Shown piece after piece: positions 14,750 through 30,279 of a stretch of 64,000 nt of DNA. This DNA is from the human T2T-CHM13v2.0 reference genome, Homo sapiens. The stretch lies in assembly GCF_009914755.1 (NCBI RefSeq), contig NC_060939.1; one strand, given 5' to 3'. The position numbers were made by a program, and so were the translations under genes. The notes under the pieces were generated by a model. That model saw nothing but the letters and a program-made list of their open reading frames with translations, did not search any database and had not been told where the DNA came from. How positions within the stretch are numbered: the first letter of the stretch is position 1; each line of letters starts with the position of its first letter.

Positions 14750-15700
14750 AAGAGGCTGGCCTGGTGCTGGGGTGTGCCTGGAGCCTGAGTTTGTGGGGGC
14801 AGGCTGGGTCCTAGGTCCACAGGAGCTGGCCTGGAGCATGGGTCACCAGGAGTGGTCCTGGAGACATGGTTCATGGAGACTGTCCTGGCACTGGTGTCTA
14901 CAGGAGTGGGTCTGGACCATGGGTCTGCTGAAGCAGGTTTGGATTCTGGGTCCACTGGAGGTTGGGTCTATGGGGACTGGCCTGGAGCCTGGGGCCAGCC
15001 TGGTATTAGGGCAGGAATGAAGCTTGGATCTGTAGGGGCTGGTCTGGAGCCTGGGATCATGGGTACTGGCATGGTACCTGGAATCCTGGGGACTGGCCTG
15101 AAGACTGGGTCCATGGGGATATGCCTGGAGGTTAGGTCTGGAGGCTAGGTTTTTGAGGGCTAATGTAGGTCCTGGAGCCGTGAGAGCCAGCTTGGAACCT
15201 TGGTCCACATGGATGTTCCTAGAGCCTGTGTCCATGGGTTCCAGCCCAGTGCTGGGGTCTACTGGGATGAGCCTGGACCCTGGATCTGCTAGAACAGGGC
15301 TGAACCCCAGAGCTGCTGGAGTGTAGGGCTGCAGAGGCTCCCCTACAGGGTGGGGTCACGAGGATCAGCCTGGCCTGGAGCCCGTGTCTGAAGGTGATGG
15401 CTTGGTGCCTGAGGCCTAGGCTTCTGCCGTGGCACTGGGGCAGGCTTAAAGCCTGGGGTTGTGTGGGCTGACCTGCCTCTGGGCTGTTCTGGAACCTGGG
15501 GTGGGCCTGCAGACTAGGTCTGCAGGGGCTGGCCTGGAGGCAGGGTCCACTGAGCAGGCCTGGAGCCTGGGGCTGCAGGATCTAGCTTGGCACTGTGGTG
15601 GACTTGGAAGCCTAGTCTGTAGGTACAGGCCTGGAGTCAGGGACCATGGGGCCTACCCAGTGATGGGTTTTACTGGGACAGGCCCAGTGTTGAGGAATGA
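14750..15700 (-). repeat. Degenerate GC-rich tandem array in the L1M 5'UTR
   Basis: The core ggctggcctggagcctggg recurs at roughly 30-bp spacing. Confidence 0.75.
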
Positions 15701-15999
15701 GGCAACGTCCGGTACTCACTCTCCTTCCCTCACACAGAGGGTATCTTTCTCCATGCTGTGCTGTCTGAGGTTTGGGGAAGTGTGACGAGGGTAACGTAAA
15801 ACTGTCTTTCCTGCCCTCTTCAATGTATCTTTTCTTATTTCTACATGATACCTCATTGCTGTACTCCCTCATCTGATTTCCCTAGTTCTTGTGAAGGTAT
15901 TTTCATGCATGGATAGTTGTTTACATTGATATTTCTGTGAGGTGATGAGTGCTATAAAGTTCAATTTCACCATCTAGCTGATGTTCAAACCCTCAGTTT

Positions 16000-16380
16000 C
16001 TCTCCTATAGATTCTTACTGAATTGATCTGAGTGGGGATTGCCTTTTTTTTTTTTTTAAGCTCCTCAGCTGATTTTTTTTTTTTTTTTTTTTTTGTATAC
16101 CAGTTTGAGAGCCATTGTTCTGGAATTTGCTGCTCAAAGTGTTCTGCATGTTGAAAATGCAGAATTTTAGGCTCTATCCTGGATCTACTGAAAGCAGAAA
16201 CCATCTTTTAACGAGATCCCCAGATGATTCATTTTCACATTAAAGTTTGATAAACACTGCTCTTGAACAGTGTCAACCTTGGCTATATATTAGAATCATG
16301 TGGGGGGCTTTTAAAAAAATGATACATGCACTGATATTTCTTTAAAGCTTTCCAATGATTAAAACATGAATATCACTGAA
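16000..16380. mobile_element. Cluster of MER5 (hAT-Charlie) fragments
   Basis: aaatgcagaattttaggc...tttaacgagatccccagatgattc...aaagtttgataaacactg and ttagaatcatgtggggggcttttaaaa. Confidence 0.65.
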
Positions 16381-18380
16381 CTAGAATGTACAAACACAAA
16401 TATCTGCTCAGGTATACTCTAGTCATGATGAGAAGAAAGAAAAGAGAGAAAGTTTGAACTCCCACTTTCAAGAAGACAGACACAGGGGACCTACCTTAAC
16501 AGAAGAATGCTGCTAGCACCAGAAAGAAAATGACTCTTATGATGATAAAGGCCTGAAGGGTAACTCCCAAATTTCATTTCACAATACTCTAACTACTATG
16601 CTTGTTTACGGCATCTTTGCTCTACCTCTCTAAAACCAGCCTTCATTGTTGTCCTGTTCTCTGCGCACTCCTCTCCCCAATCCACACCCAAAGATTCTAC
16701 TCTTGAGATTCCTCAAGAAAACATATTTTTGACTCTAGGGAACAAAAACGGATCAAGCTCAAAAGAAATTCCCCATTCTGCAGTAAGGTTGCAAAGGATA
16801 TATTCTTACCAACACATTCTCTTGTGGTTCATCTCATTCCCTTCAGGGTGCCTGCTGGCAATGACACAGGATACCAGAATTGCTGATAGAACCTAGTCTG
16901 TCTCCATAGGAGAAACTGTCTCCTTGCCTGTTGTCTCCTTGCCCCTGAGCTTTCTTGATGTAGTTCTACTACCAAAGTGAGTGGATTTTTCCCCTGGGCC
17001 TGATTTCTATTCTTAAGTTTTTATATTATTGAAATCTAACAGTGGCAGTTGCCTCCCCATAATCTAGACAATGCTTGCAAATGATGAAAAGGAAACACGT
17101 CTATCTATCTCTACTCTCTATAGAAAAATCAGAATGATCATGCACGCCACAAGAAACAATTAACAGTTTCAGTCCATATGACTTGTGTTGTTTCCAAACA
17201 ACCACAATAAAACCATAATGACAACAAAAATATATGTTCTTCAATGTTCATGACATTGAGATCTCCGGTCTACTTCCAGTAGGCCTCTTAAAGGCCTCTT
17301 TTTCCTGTCTTAAAAAAAGTTATTATATATATTTAAGGTATACAACATGATGTTATATTATATATAGTAAAATGGTCCTTTGTGTGAGGTATTTCCTACA
17401 TCACACTAAAGAGACTTTGTTAGATAATATAATTAACATCTTCAACTGGTTCAATGTGGAACTAAGGTATTGTCATCAGGGATATAACGATCATAGCTGC
17501 TTACAGGTGGTATATGATCTGAAGCTATGATTCCTTCTCCACAAAATGGGGATAAGACTATCGCCTTTTAGTTCTGCTATCAAGATTAAATGAGATAATA
17601 GATACATAACTTTGTAAATTGCAAAGTGGTCTACAAGATTTAGATATGCTTATTATTAGTTGGTAGGAATGAGTGACATATCCTGGAAGACAAGTAAAGA
17701 AATCATTTCCAGGACACAGCAAAAGTATTAAAGGACAGATGAAGTTCTCTGATGGCAAATCTCTGCACAGGTGACCAAGGGTTCTATTTCTAGTTTCCTA
17801 TTAAAGGTAAGAGGCAACACTAGACATTGTCTTTGACATTAGTTTCAAGCAAGCAGACTGATCAGAGGCAATGCATATGTGATCCAACACTCCACAGAGA
17901 GGGTGTCTGTCAATTCTGTCATGACCATTAGGCTCTCTACCTTATTCAGTTTAAGTACATACAAATCCCTAAACTCCACTGCCATTCAAACTGGCAGACA
18001 CTAAGGCTTGAGCACTAAAGGGAAAACAAGGGGTGCTTTTTCAGATCTAATAATGGCTGGCCAGAGGATTCTATCCCTGGCAGCACAGCTGCTTCTACCA
18101 GGAAATTGATGAGATAAGCTTGTGAGATGATGGCTGATTTCACATCAGGAAGTTCAGTATGATTTGAATGAAAGACTCCGCATTCCAAGACTCCGCCCTG
18201 CCGTGAGATAGGCAGGCCTATTTCTATCCAGCTGCTCTCTACCATGCAAAATGACGTCACTTTCTAGAACACAGACAATCTCTGGGAACAACCTGCTGGC
18301 AAGCAAGCACCAAAACTTCTGGAAAAAGAAAATAAGCTGTAATCATCAAATGCTAGGGATAGGAAACAAACAGACGATAA

Positions 18381-18730
<350 letters not shown>

Positions 18731-19286
18731 TTTAATTATAAGTGTGCAGTTCAGTTGTGTCAAGTACATTCACACTGTTGTGCGACCAATCTCCAGAACT
18801 CTTCATCTAGCAAAATCAAAACTCTACACCCATTTAAAAACTTTTTTCCTAGTATGCAATTCATTATTATTATAGTCACCATGCTGTATATTCGGTCTCC
18901 ACAATTTACTTATGACTGCAAGTTTGTTCCCTCTTACCAACATCTTCCCATTTCCCTACCCCCACACCTGACTCCTGGTAACTACTTTTTTACTCTTTTT
19001 ATGCGTTTGACTTTCTTAGATTCCACATATGTGAGATCATGCAGTATTTGTCTCTGACTTATTTCACTCAGAATAATGCCCTCCAGTTGCATTCATGTTG
19101 TCACAAATGGCAAGACTTCCTCCTTTTTACAGGCTGGGTAGTATTTCATTGTATACACATGTGTGTGTATCTATATATGTGAATACACACACACATATAC
19201 AATGGAATATCTATATCACAGATATATGTGTGATATACAGATACACACATACATGATATACCATTTTATATTTGTGTGTGTGTATG

Positions 19287-19417
19287 TATATATATATATA
19301 TATATATGCCATGCATATATATATATATATGCTATGCATATATATATATATATATGCCATGCATATATATATATATATATGCCATGCATATATATATATA
19401 TATATATATGTGCCATG
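19287..19417. repeat. (AT)n-based minisatellite with unit gccatgc(at)n
   Basis: Five AT runs separated by gccatgc or gctatgc, read directly. Confidence 0.92.
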
Positions 19418-19426
19418 ATTTCTTTG

Positions 19427-19706
19427 TTTTTGTTTTTTTGGAGACAGCATTTCACTCTGCTCTGCCACCCTGGCTGGAGTGCTCATTGCAGCCCCAAACT
19501 CCTTGGGCTCAAGCCATGCTTCTGCCTCAGCTTCCCTAGTAGCTAGGACTATAGGCATGCACCATGCCCAGCTATTTTTTATTTTTTTGTAGAGACAGGG
19601 TCTTACTATATTGCCCAGGGTGGTCTTGAATTCCTGAGCTCAAGTGATCCTCCTGCTCAGTCTCCCAAAATGCTGAGATTACAGGTGTGAGCCACTGCAC
19701 CTCACC
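19427..19706 (-). mobile_element. AluJ
   Basis: Diverged Alu; TSD ccatgatttctttg/ccacaatttctttg. Confidence 0.88.
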
Positions 19707-19874
19707 CTACCACAATTTCTTTGTCCATTCTTTTGTGAATGAACACTTAAAAGATTGTTTCCATTTCTTGGCTATTGTGAATAACGCTGCAATGAACATG
19801 AGAGTGCAGACATCTCTTCAACTCATTTCCTTTGGATATATGCCCAGAAGTGGGATTGCTGGATCACATGGTAG

Positions 19875-20180
<306 letters not shown>

Positions 20181-20238
20181 TAGTTCTATTTTAAAATTTT
20201 TGAGGAACCTCCATACTGATTTTCAAAATGGCTATACT

Positions 20239-20413
<175 letters not shown>

Positions 20414-21031
20414 TAATTTACATTCCCATTAATAGTGTACAAGGGTTCCCTTTTCTCACCGATAACAAGTATTCTCACCAATACTTGTTATCTTTTGTCT
20501 TTCTTATAATAGCCATTCTAACGTGTTTGAAGTGCTAGCTCATTGTGGTTTTGATTTGTATTTCCCTAATGATCAGTGATGTTGAACACCTTTTCATATA
20601 CTTGTTGACCATTTTTATATCTTCCTTGGAGAAATGTCTATTCAGCTCCTATGCCCATTTTTAAATCATGTTATTTGTTTTTCTGTTATTGAGTTGTATG
20701 AGTCTCATATATTTTGGATTTAATCCCTTATCAGATAGACATATGGACTATAAATATTTTCTCCCATTCTGTGGGACACTTTTTCATTTTGTTGATGGTT
20801 CCCTCTGCTGTGCAGAAACTTTTTAATTTGATGTAGCCCTACTTGTTTTTGCTTTTGTTGCCTGTGTTTTTAGTGTCATATTAAAAAAAGTATTGCCAAG
20901 ACTAATGTCATGGAGCTTTCCCCCTATATTTTCTTCTAGGATTTTTATGGTTTCAGGTCTTATGTTTAAATCTTTAATCCATTTTGAGTTTATTTTTGTG
21001 TATGGCATAAGATAAAGATCCAATTTTATTG

Positions 21032-21422
21032 TTTTTTTTTTTTTGAGACAAAAATCACTTTGTCATTCAGGCTGGAGTCCAGTGGCATGAACACAGCTCA
21101 CTGCAGCCTCCGCTTCCCACACTCAAGTGATCCTCCTGCCGCAGCCCCCCAAGTAGCTGGGACTACAGGCACATGCCACCACGCCCAGCTAATTTTTTTG
21201 TATTTTTTGTAAAAATGGGGTTTCAAAATGTTGTCTTGAACCCCTGAGCTCAAGGGATCCTCCTGCCTCAGCCTCCTGAGTAGCTGGCTAATTAGCACCC
21301 GGATAATTTTTGTAATTTTAGTAGACACGGGGTTTCACCATGTTGGCTAGGCTGATCTCAAACTCCTGGCCTCAAGTGATCCACCTGCCTCAGCCTCCCA
21401 AAGTGCGAGCCACCGCACCCAG
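21032..21422 (-). mobile_element. Composite three-arm Alu
   Basis: A right arm, a partial left-like arm and a second left arm, with two A-rich linkers (about 21190-21215 and 21304-21325). Confidence 0.8.
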
Positions 21423-22400
21423 TTCATTCTTTATTTTGATGCCAAAAGACTCCTCGGTTTGGCCACAGTGAGCCCCTTCAAGTTGTTTCCTGTCCTTTTG
21501 ACATGTCATCATTACTTGAGCACTTTTCAACTTTCTAGCACAATAAGATGTCCCAGGCCCATCTTACCCTTTCTCTGCCCTGGCCCAGAATCAGCTAGTT
21601 CTCAAAGGCACCTGATTTTTTTAGTGGAGAGTGGCATTTAAAAACTTACATCTGGGTGTTGTGTGATCATTGTTATTGGAGGCTCATTCGTCGCAGGCCT
21701 TCTCAGTAATGAAGTTAAGAAAGTATGTTTGAGGGTGTATATTTATATCCATTTCTGTATCTCAATGTTAAAAACCATGGGTTTACACTAATATCTCTAA
21801 TTCTATTCCAATTTCAAAGGGTTCATTCTGTAGCAGGATGAGCTGCAGACAAGAACCCCTCAGACACCGAGTTGTGAAAGGAAAGGGCTTTACTCAGCTG
21901 TGAGCATCGGCGGACTCACATCTCCAAAAACCAATCTCCCTGAGTGAGTAATTCTTGTCCCTTTTAAGGGCTTACAACTCTAAGGGGGTCCGCGTGAGAG
22001 GCTCATGATCAATTGAGCAAGCAGGGGGTATGTGACTGGGGGCTGCATGCACTGGTAATTGGAATGGAACAGAACAGGACAGGGATTTTCACAGTGCTTT
22101 TCCATACAATGTCTGGAATCTATAGATAACATAACCTATTAGGTCAGGGGTCGATCTTTAACTACCAGGCCCAGGGTGCGGCGCGGGGCTGTCTGCCTGT
22201 GGATTTCATTTCTGCCTTTTAGTTTTTACTTCTTCTTTCTCTGGAGGCAGAAACTGGGCATAAGACAATATGAGGGGTGGTCTCCTCCCTTAATTCTAGT
22301 CTCCCCCCTTTCCATACTTGTAACTCCCTTTTCTAACAATGAGAGACCTACCTCCTATTATCCTCACTTTACTTATGTGCTCAGTCCCAGGATACAAGGA
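21423..22400 (-). mobile_element. Old L1 (L1MC-like) 3' fragment split by LTR2
   Basis: Remembered L1MC 3'UTR motifs (ttggccacagtgagccccttcaagttg, gggttcattc|tagtctcccc) are continuous across the LTR. Confidence 0.55.
21829..22292 (-). mobile_element. LTR2-family (HERV-E/Harlequin, ERV1) solo LTR
   Basis: 464 bp. The minus strand begins TAAGGGAGGAGACCACCCCTCATATTGTC and ends CCTGCTACA. Perfect 4-bp TSD attc at 21825-21828 and 22293-22296. Confidence 0.9.
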
Positions 22401-22419
22401 AAGAATTCCCAAGTCATAC

Positions 22420-23420
22420 CACAGCAGAAGACTGAACTCTTGATCTTTTGTTCCAAATGGGGTCCACCCACAGCCTATCCCATTTCAGTTGATGGCAACT
22501 CCATCCTTCTAGTTGCTCAGATAAAAAACCCTGGAATCATCCTGGAGTCTTTACTCTCTCTTTCATACTACACATCTATCTAATCTGTCAGAAAATCCTA
22601 TCAGTTCTACCTTCAAAATGTATTCAGAATCTAACCACATCTTACCACCTCCACCACTATCAATCACCCTGGTCCAAGCCACCACCATCGTCTTGGGCCT
22701 AGATTGCACCCAGCTAGTCTCCCTGCCTCTACCCTTGCCCCTTAATCAGTCTGTCATCAACATAGCAGTCAGGGTAGTGCTTTTAAAAATGTAAGTCACT
22801 TTCAATCACTCCTCTTAACATTCCAATGATCACAAAACACTCAGATGTAGGTTGTTAAAACCCTGCGATGGTTCCCTATTTCACTCAAGAGTAAAACCCA
22901 GAGTCCTAAAAATGTCCCTATAACTTTCTGGCCTCACCTCCTATTACTCCCTTCATCATCCTACTTTACTCCAAACACAATAGCCTCCTTGCTATTTGTC
23001 ACACTCTACAGCTATAATCTTATTTATGCCCTTGGCTATGATTCCTCTGCCAGAAATGATTATTTTACTTCCTTCAAGTGTTCAATCTCACTTCAACAAG
23101 GCCCACACTGACTACCGTATTTGATACGTATACTTGATATTACAACCACCCATCCAACTCTAGCAGTCCCCATTTTCCTTACCCTACTCTATGTTTTCGT
23201 ATTCTACAGCACTTATCACTTTCTAATATACCATATATCATTTACTAATTTTTTTATGTTTATTATTCATTGCTTATTCTCCACCCCTGGATCACTGCTA
23301 GAATTTATGAGGACATGAATTTTTGTCTCTTTTGTTCACTGAAGAAGAAAGGGGCCTAGAATGGTGTCCAGCAAGCTGTAGACACTCAACAAATATTTGC
23401 TGATGTTAAATGAATAAATT
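22420..23420 (+). mobile_element. L2 3' portion
   Basis: atggcaactccatccttctagttgctcag...ctcaacaaatatttgctga...tgaataaa, the L2 terminus. Confidence 0.8.
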
Positions 23421-24576
23421 ATTAGGAACCCAGCATTATGAATTGTTTCACCCCCTATTTTGGCAGCATGGTTTGACTAAAAATTTTCTGTAAAACAATT
23501 TGATTTTTAATCTATAATAGCAATTTGGACCAATAGCTCTCATATTTATTTTTCAAACCAGCATTCTCTCCAAGAGGAATGTGTCCTTACAAGAAATTTA
23601 GTAACACACCCACACCAGTGAGCCAAGGTACTTCAAATGAATGTTAAATCAAACTTCCAGAGAAAATGCCATAGTTTTTATTTAACATGTATGTATACCT
23701 ATGTGTGTACATATCAGTACAAGCATACCTCATTTTATTGTGCTTCACTTTATTGTGACTCACAGATACTATGTTTTTGTTTTTGTTTTTGTTTTAATAA
23801 ATTGAAGGTTTGTGGCAACCTGGCATCCAGCAAGTCTACTAGCACCATTTTTCCAATAGCACATGCACACTTCATGTCTCTGTGTCACACTTTGTTAAAT
23901 CTTGCAATATTTCAAAGTTTTCCATTAATATTATTTTTTCTTACGGTGATCTGTGATCCTTAATGTTACTACTATACTTGCTTTGGGGCACCATAAGCCA
24001 TGCCCATAGAAGATGGCAAACTTAACAAATGTTTTATGTGTCCTCACAGCTCCATCAACCAGCTGTTCCCCCAACTCAGTCCCTCTCTTTGGGCCTCCCT
24101 ATACCCTGAGACACAACAATATTGAAATTAGCCAATTAATAACCTTTCAATGGCCTGTAAGTGTTCAAGTAAGAGGAAAAGTCACATGTCTTTAACTTTA
24201 AATCAAAAGCTAAAAATGATTATGCTTAGTGAGAAAAGCAGGTTGAAAGCTGAGATAGACTGAAAGCTAGGCTTCTTGAGCCAAATAGCCAAATTTGTAA
24301 ATGCAAAGGAAGAGTTCTTGAAGGAAATTTAAAGTGCTACTCCAGTGATCACATGAATAACAGGAAAGTAAAACAGTCTTCAGGCTGATATGCAGAAAGT
24401 TTTAGTGGTCTGGATAGAAGATCACACAAGACACAGCATTCCCTTTAATCAAAGCCAAATCCAGAGCAAGGCCTTACCTCTCAATTCTGTGAAGGCTGAG
24501 AGAGATAAGAAAGCTGCACAAGACAAGTTTGAAGCTGGCAGAGGTTGGTTCATGAGGTTTAAGGAAAGAAGCCATC

Positions 24577-25299
<723 letters not shown>

Positions 25300-27055
25300 C
25301 CATCTCCATAACATAAAAGTGCAAGATGAAGTAGTAAGTGCTGATACAGAAGCTGCAGCAAGTTACCCAGAAGATCTACCTGAGATCACTTATGAAGGTG
25401 GCTACAACAGATTTTCAATGTAGATTAAACAGCCTTCCACTGGAAGAAGATGCCATCTAGGACTTTCATAGATGGAGTAAAGTCAACGTCTGGCTTCAAA
25501 GCTTCAAAGGACAGGCTGACTCAGATTAAAGGATAATGCAGCTGGTGACTTTAAACTGAGGCCCAATGCTCATTTACCATTCTAAAAATCCCAGGATCTT
25601 TAAGAATTATGCTAAATATATTGTGCCTGTGCTCTATAAATGAAACAACAAAGCATGGGTGACAGTACATCTGTTTACAGCATGGTTTACAGAATATTTT
25701 CAGTTCATTGTTGAGACCTGCTGCTCAAAAAGAAAAAAAAATCCTTTCAAAATATTACTGCTCACTGACACTCTACCTGATTACCAAAGAGATCTGATGG
25801 AGATGTACAGGAGATTAATGTTGTTTTCATGCTTGCTAACATCCAGTTGGTAGCCCATGGATCAAGGAGTAATTTGCACTTTCAAGTGTTATTTTAAGAA
25901 ATACATTTCATAAGACTATAGCTGCATGAATAGTGATTCCTCTGATGGATCTAGGCAAAGTAAATTGAAGAACTGAATGCCATCATTCTAGATGCCATTA
26001 AGAACATCTGTGGCTCATGGGGAGAAGTCAAATTATCAACATTAACAGGAGTTTGGAAAAAGTTGATTCCAACCCTTGATTTCAAGCTGTCAGTGGAGGA
26101 AGTAACTGCAGATGTGGTAGAGATAGCAAGAAAACTAGAATTAGAAGTTGAACCTGAAGATGTGACTGAATTGCCGCAATCTCAAGATCTTATGGATGAG
26201 CAGAGAAAGTGGTTTCTTGAGATGGAAACTACTCCTGGTGAAGATGCTGTGAACATTGTTGAAATGACAACAAAGGATTTAGAATATCCCATAAACTTAG
26301 TTGATAAAGCAGTGGCAGGATTGGAGAAGATTGACTCCAATTTTGAAAGAAGTTCTACTGTGGGTAAAATGCAGTTAAACAGCATTGCATGCTACAGAGA
26401 AATCTTTCATAAAAGGAAGAGTCCACTGATGTGCCAAACTTCATGGTTATCTTATCTTATTATAAGAAATTGTCACAGCCACCTTCAGCAGCCACCACCC
26501 TGACCAGTCAGCAGCTGTCAACATCAAGGCAGGACCTTCCACCAGCCAAAAGATTTTAACTTGCTGAAGGCTCAGGTAATTGTTACCATTTTTTTTTTTA
26601 GCAACAAAGCATTTTTAAATTAAAATATATAAATGTTTTTTTCCAGCCATAATGCTATTACACACTTGACAGACTACAGTATAGTGAAACATAACTTTTA
26701 TATGCACTGGGAAACCAAAAAATCTGTGACTTGCTTTATTGCACTATCCACTTTATTGCGGTGGTCTGGAACTGATTCTGCAATATCTCCAAGGTATGCC
26801 TACATATATATAAACCTCTGCTTTTAATGATACTGTGAGGGCCTAGAATTTCATTTGGAGTTAATGTACACATTTGACAAACTTGACTGTTTTGAGAACA
26901 ATGTTTTTAATCCCTCAAGTTCTCTGTCTGCTGATCAAAATGGACATTAACATCCTAACATACTTTGCATTTTCCTAGTATCTACAAGGCCAGATATTTT
27001 TATCTTTTAATTTTTTGAATTTTTAAAATCTAATTTTTTTAATTAATTAACTAAT

Positions 27056-27977
<922 letters not shown>

Positions 27978-28156
27978 ACAGGCTTTTTTAACATGTGGTG
28001 CACCAAAGATTTTTGTATGTAAAATTTTGTGTAAATGTATTTTCATTGTGGAAGCTAATACTTGCATCAGATTTTCAAAGGATTCTCTGACCTAAAATAA
28101 GTTAAGAATCACAGCATTAAACTTGTAGAGTTCCTCCATTAAAAATTAGCTTCCCA

Positions 28157-28499
<343 letters not shown>

Positions 28500-28679
28500 T
28501 CATCTTATCTTAGTTCCTACCAAGTAGTAAATAATAAATGTTGAACAAATAAAAATAAGGAAATGAATAAAGAATGGATGAACAAATCACTAATTTATTG
28601 CCTCAGCTCACACTATCTCTTCTTTGCCCAGCTTTCTAAGGGTTGGGTCACAGTAGCTCATATGACTGATAATGAGTCA

Positions 28680-29099
<420 letters not shown>

Positions 29100-29799
29100 T
29101 CCACTTTTATGGAGTTTTTTTGAGGCATAGGTTTCCTGGGGGCTTTGGGGTGCTGTGTACTTCTAGGTACTAAGAGGAAAGGCCCAGAGAACAGGCTGCT
29201 AAGAGCTTGCTCCAGGTCCCAGGCTTAAGGGGAAAAGGTAATATTTATTACCCTTAAAGTTCCCTGTTTGGCTGTCCAACTCAGCTTATAAAAGTAAGAA
29301 TGGAGACAGAAATTCAAATAAGAATTCTGCCCAGGAGTAAACACTGTGGATCTCTACTGCATCTTTTTGGAACCTGAGTATATTAGACAGAGCACAGAGG
29401 CTACTCTTCCCTAACATCATACCCTGACCTTCAAAGGGGTTTAAACATTTTTATTATCCAATTTCTGCATTATGCTGGCCATAAAGAATCATTTCTATTT
29501 ATAAGGGAATTATCCACTAAGATTGATCAGGCTATTGTTGAGGACAGATTCCATCTCTGGAATGGCTGCATCTATTCTGCTGAGGGAACTTTCTGCCATG
29601 GATGGCTTGGCAATGAATTACCAGAAATACTCAAGAGGAAAGCAAGTTGCCTTCTGTCTCCACTTTACACACAGCAGAAAACCCAAGTGGTTATGGAATA
29701 CAGTGAATTACCCAGAAACAATCAGTTACCAGAAGCTCTCTAGGATTACAGTGATGACTAACCTCAGAGATGAAGCCTTCCAAGAATCTCTTCTCAATC

Positions 29800-30097
29800 T
29801 TTTTTCCTTTTCTTTTTTTTTTTTTTTTTAGACAGAGTCTTGCTCTATCACCCAAGCTGGAGTGCAGTGGCACGATCTCAGCTCACTGCAACCTCCATCT
29901 CCTGAGTTCAAGCCATTTTCCTGCTTCGGCCTCCTGAGTAGCTGGCTAATTAATAACTGGCTAATTTTTGTATTTTTAGTAGAGACAGGGTTTCACCATG
30001 TTGGCCAGGCTGGTATCAAACTCCTGACCTCAAGTGATCCAGCTGCCTTGGCCTCCCAAAGTGCTGGGATTATAGGCGTGAGCTACCATGCCTGGCC
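29800..30097 (-). mobile_element. AluS with internal deletion
   Basis: TSD caagaa(t/c)ctcttctc at 29781-29795 and 30099-30113. Confidence 0.93.
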
Positions 30098-30279
30098 TCA
30101 AGAACCTCTTCTCTAAACCAGACCTACAAATGATATTCTTGACAATGGAATGGATTACTTGAAGCACAGAAAACAGAAAGGAAGTTAAACAAACATGAAT
30201 ACAACAGGGAACTCTTCCATATAGCTTTTATGCTGGGCAAAAGAGCCCTAACTGTGGGCAGAAGTTGTTCAAACTTCAT

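Noticed and set aside
14674-15872. Cluster of overlapping Pro/Gly-rich ORFs
   Set aside because: Artefact of a GC-rich degenerate tandem array in an L1 5'UTR.
19163-19558. ORFs rich in YIYI, and a repeat-spacer look resembling CRISPR
   Set aside because: Translation of an (AT)n minisatellite. There are no unique spacers, no cas genes, and the DNA is primate.
26063-26503. 146-aa ORF as a domesticated TIGD1-like transposase gene
   Set aside because: It is only the C-terminal remnant of a Tigger1 whose upstream transposase has stops, frameshifts and an LTR plus Alu insertion.
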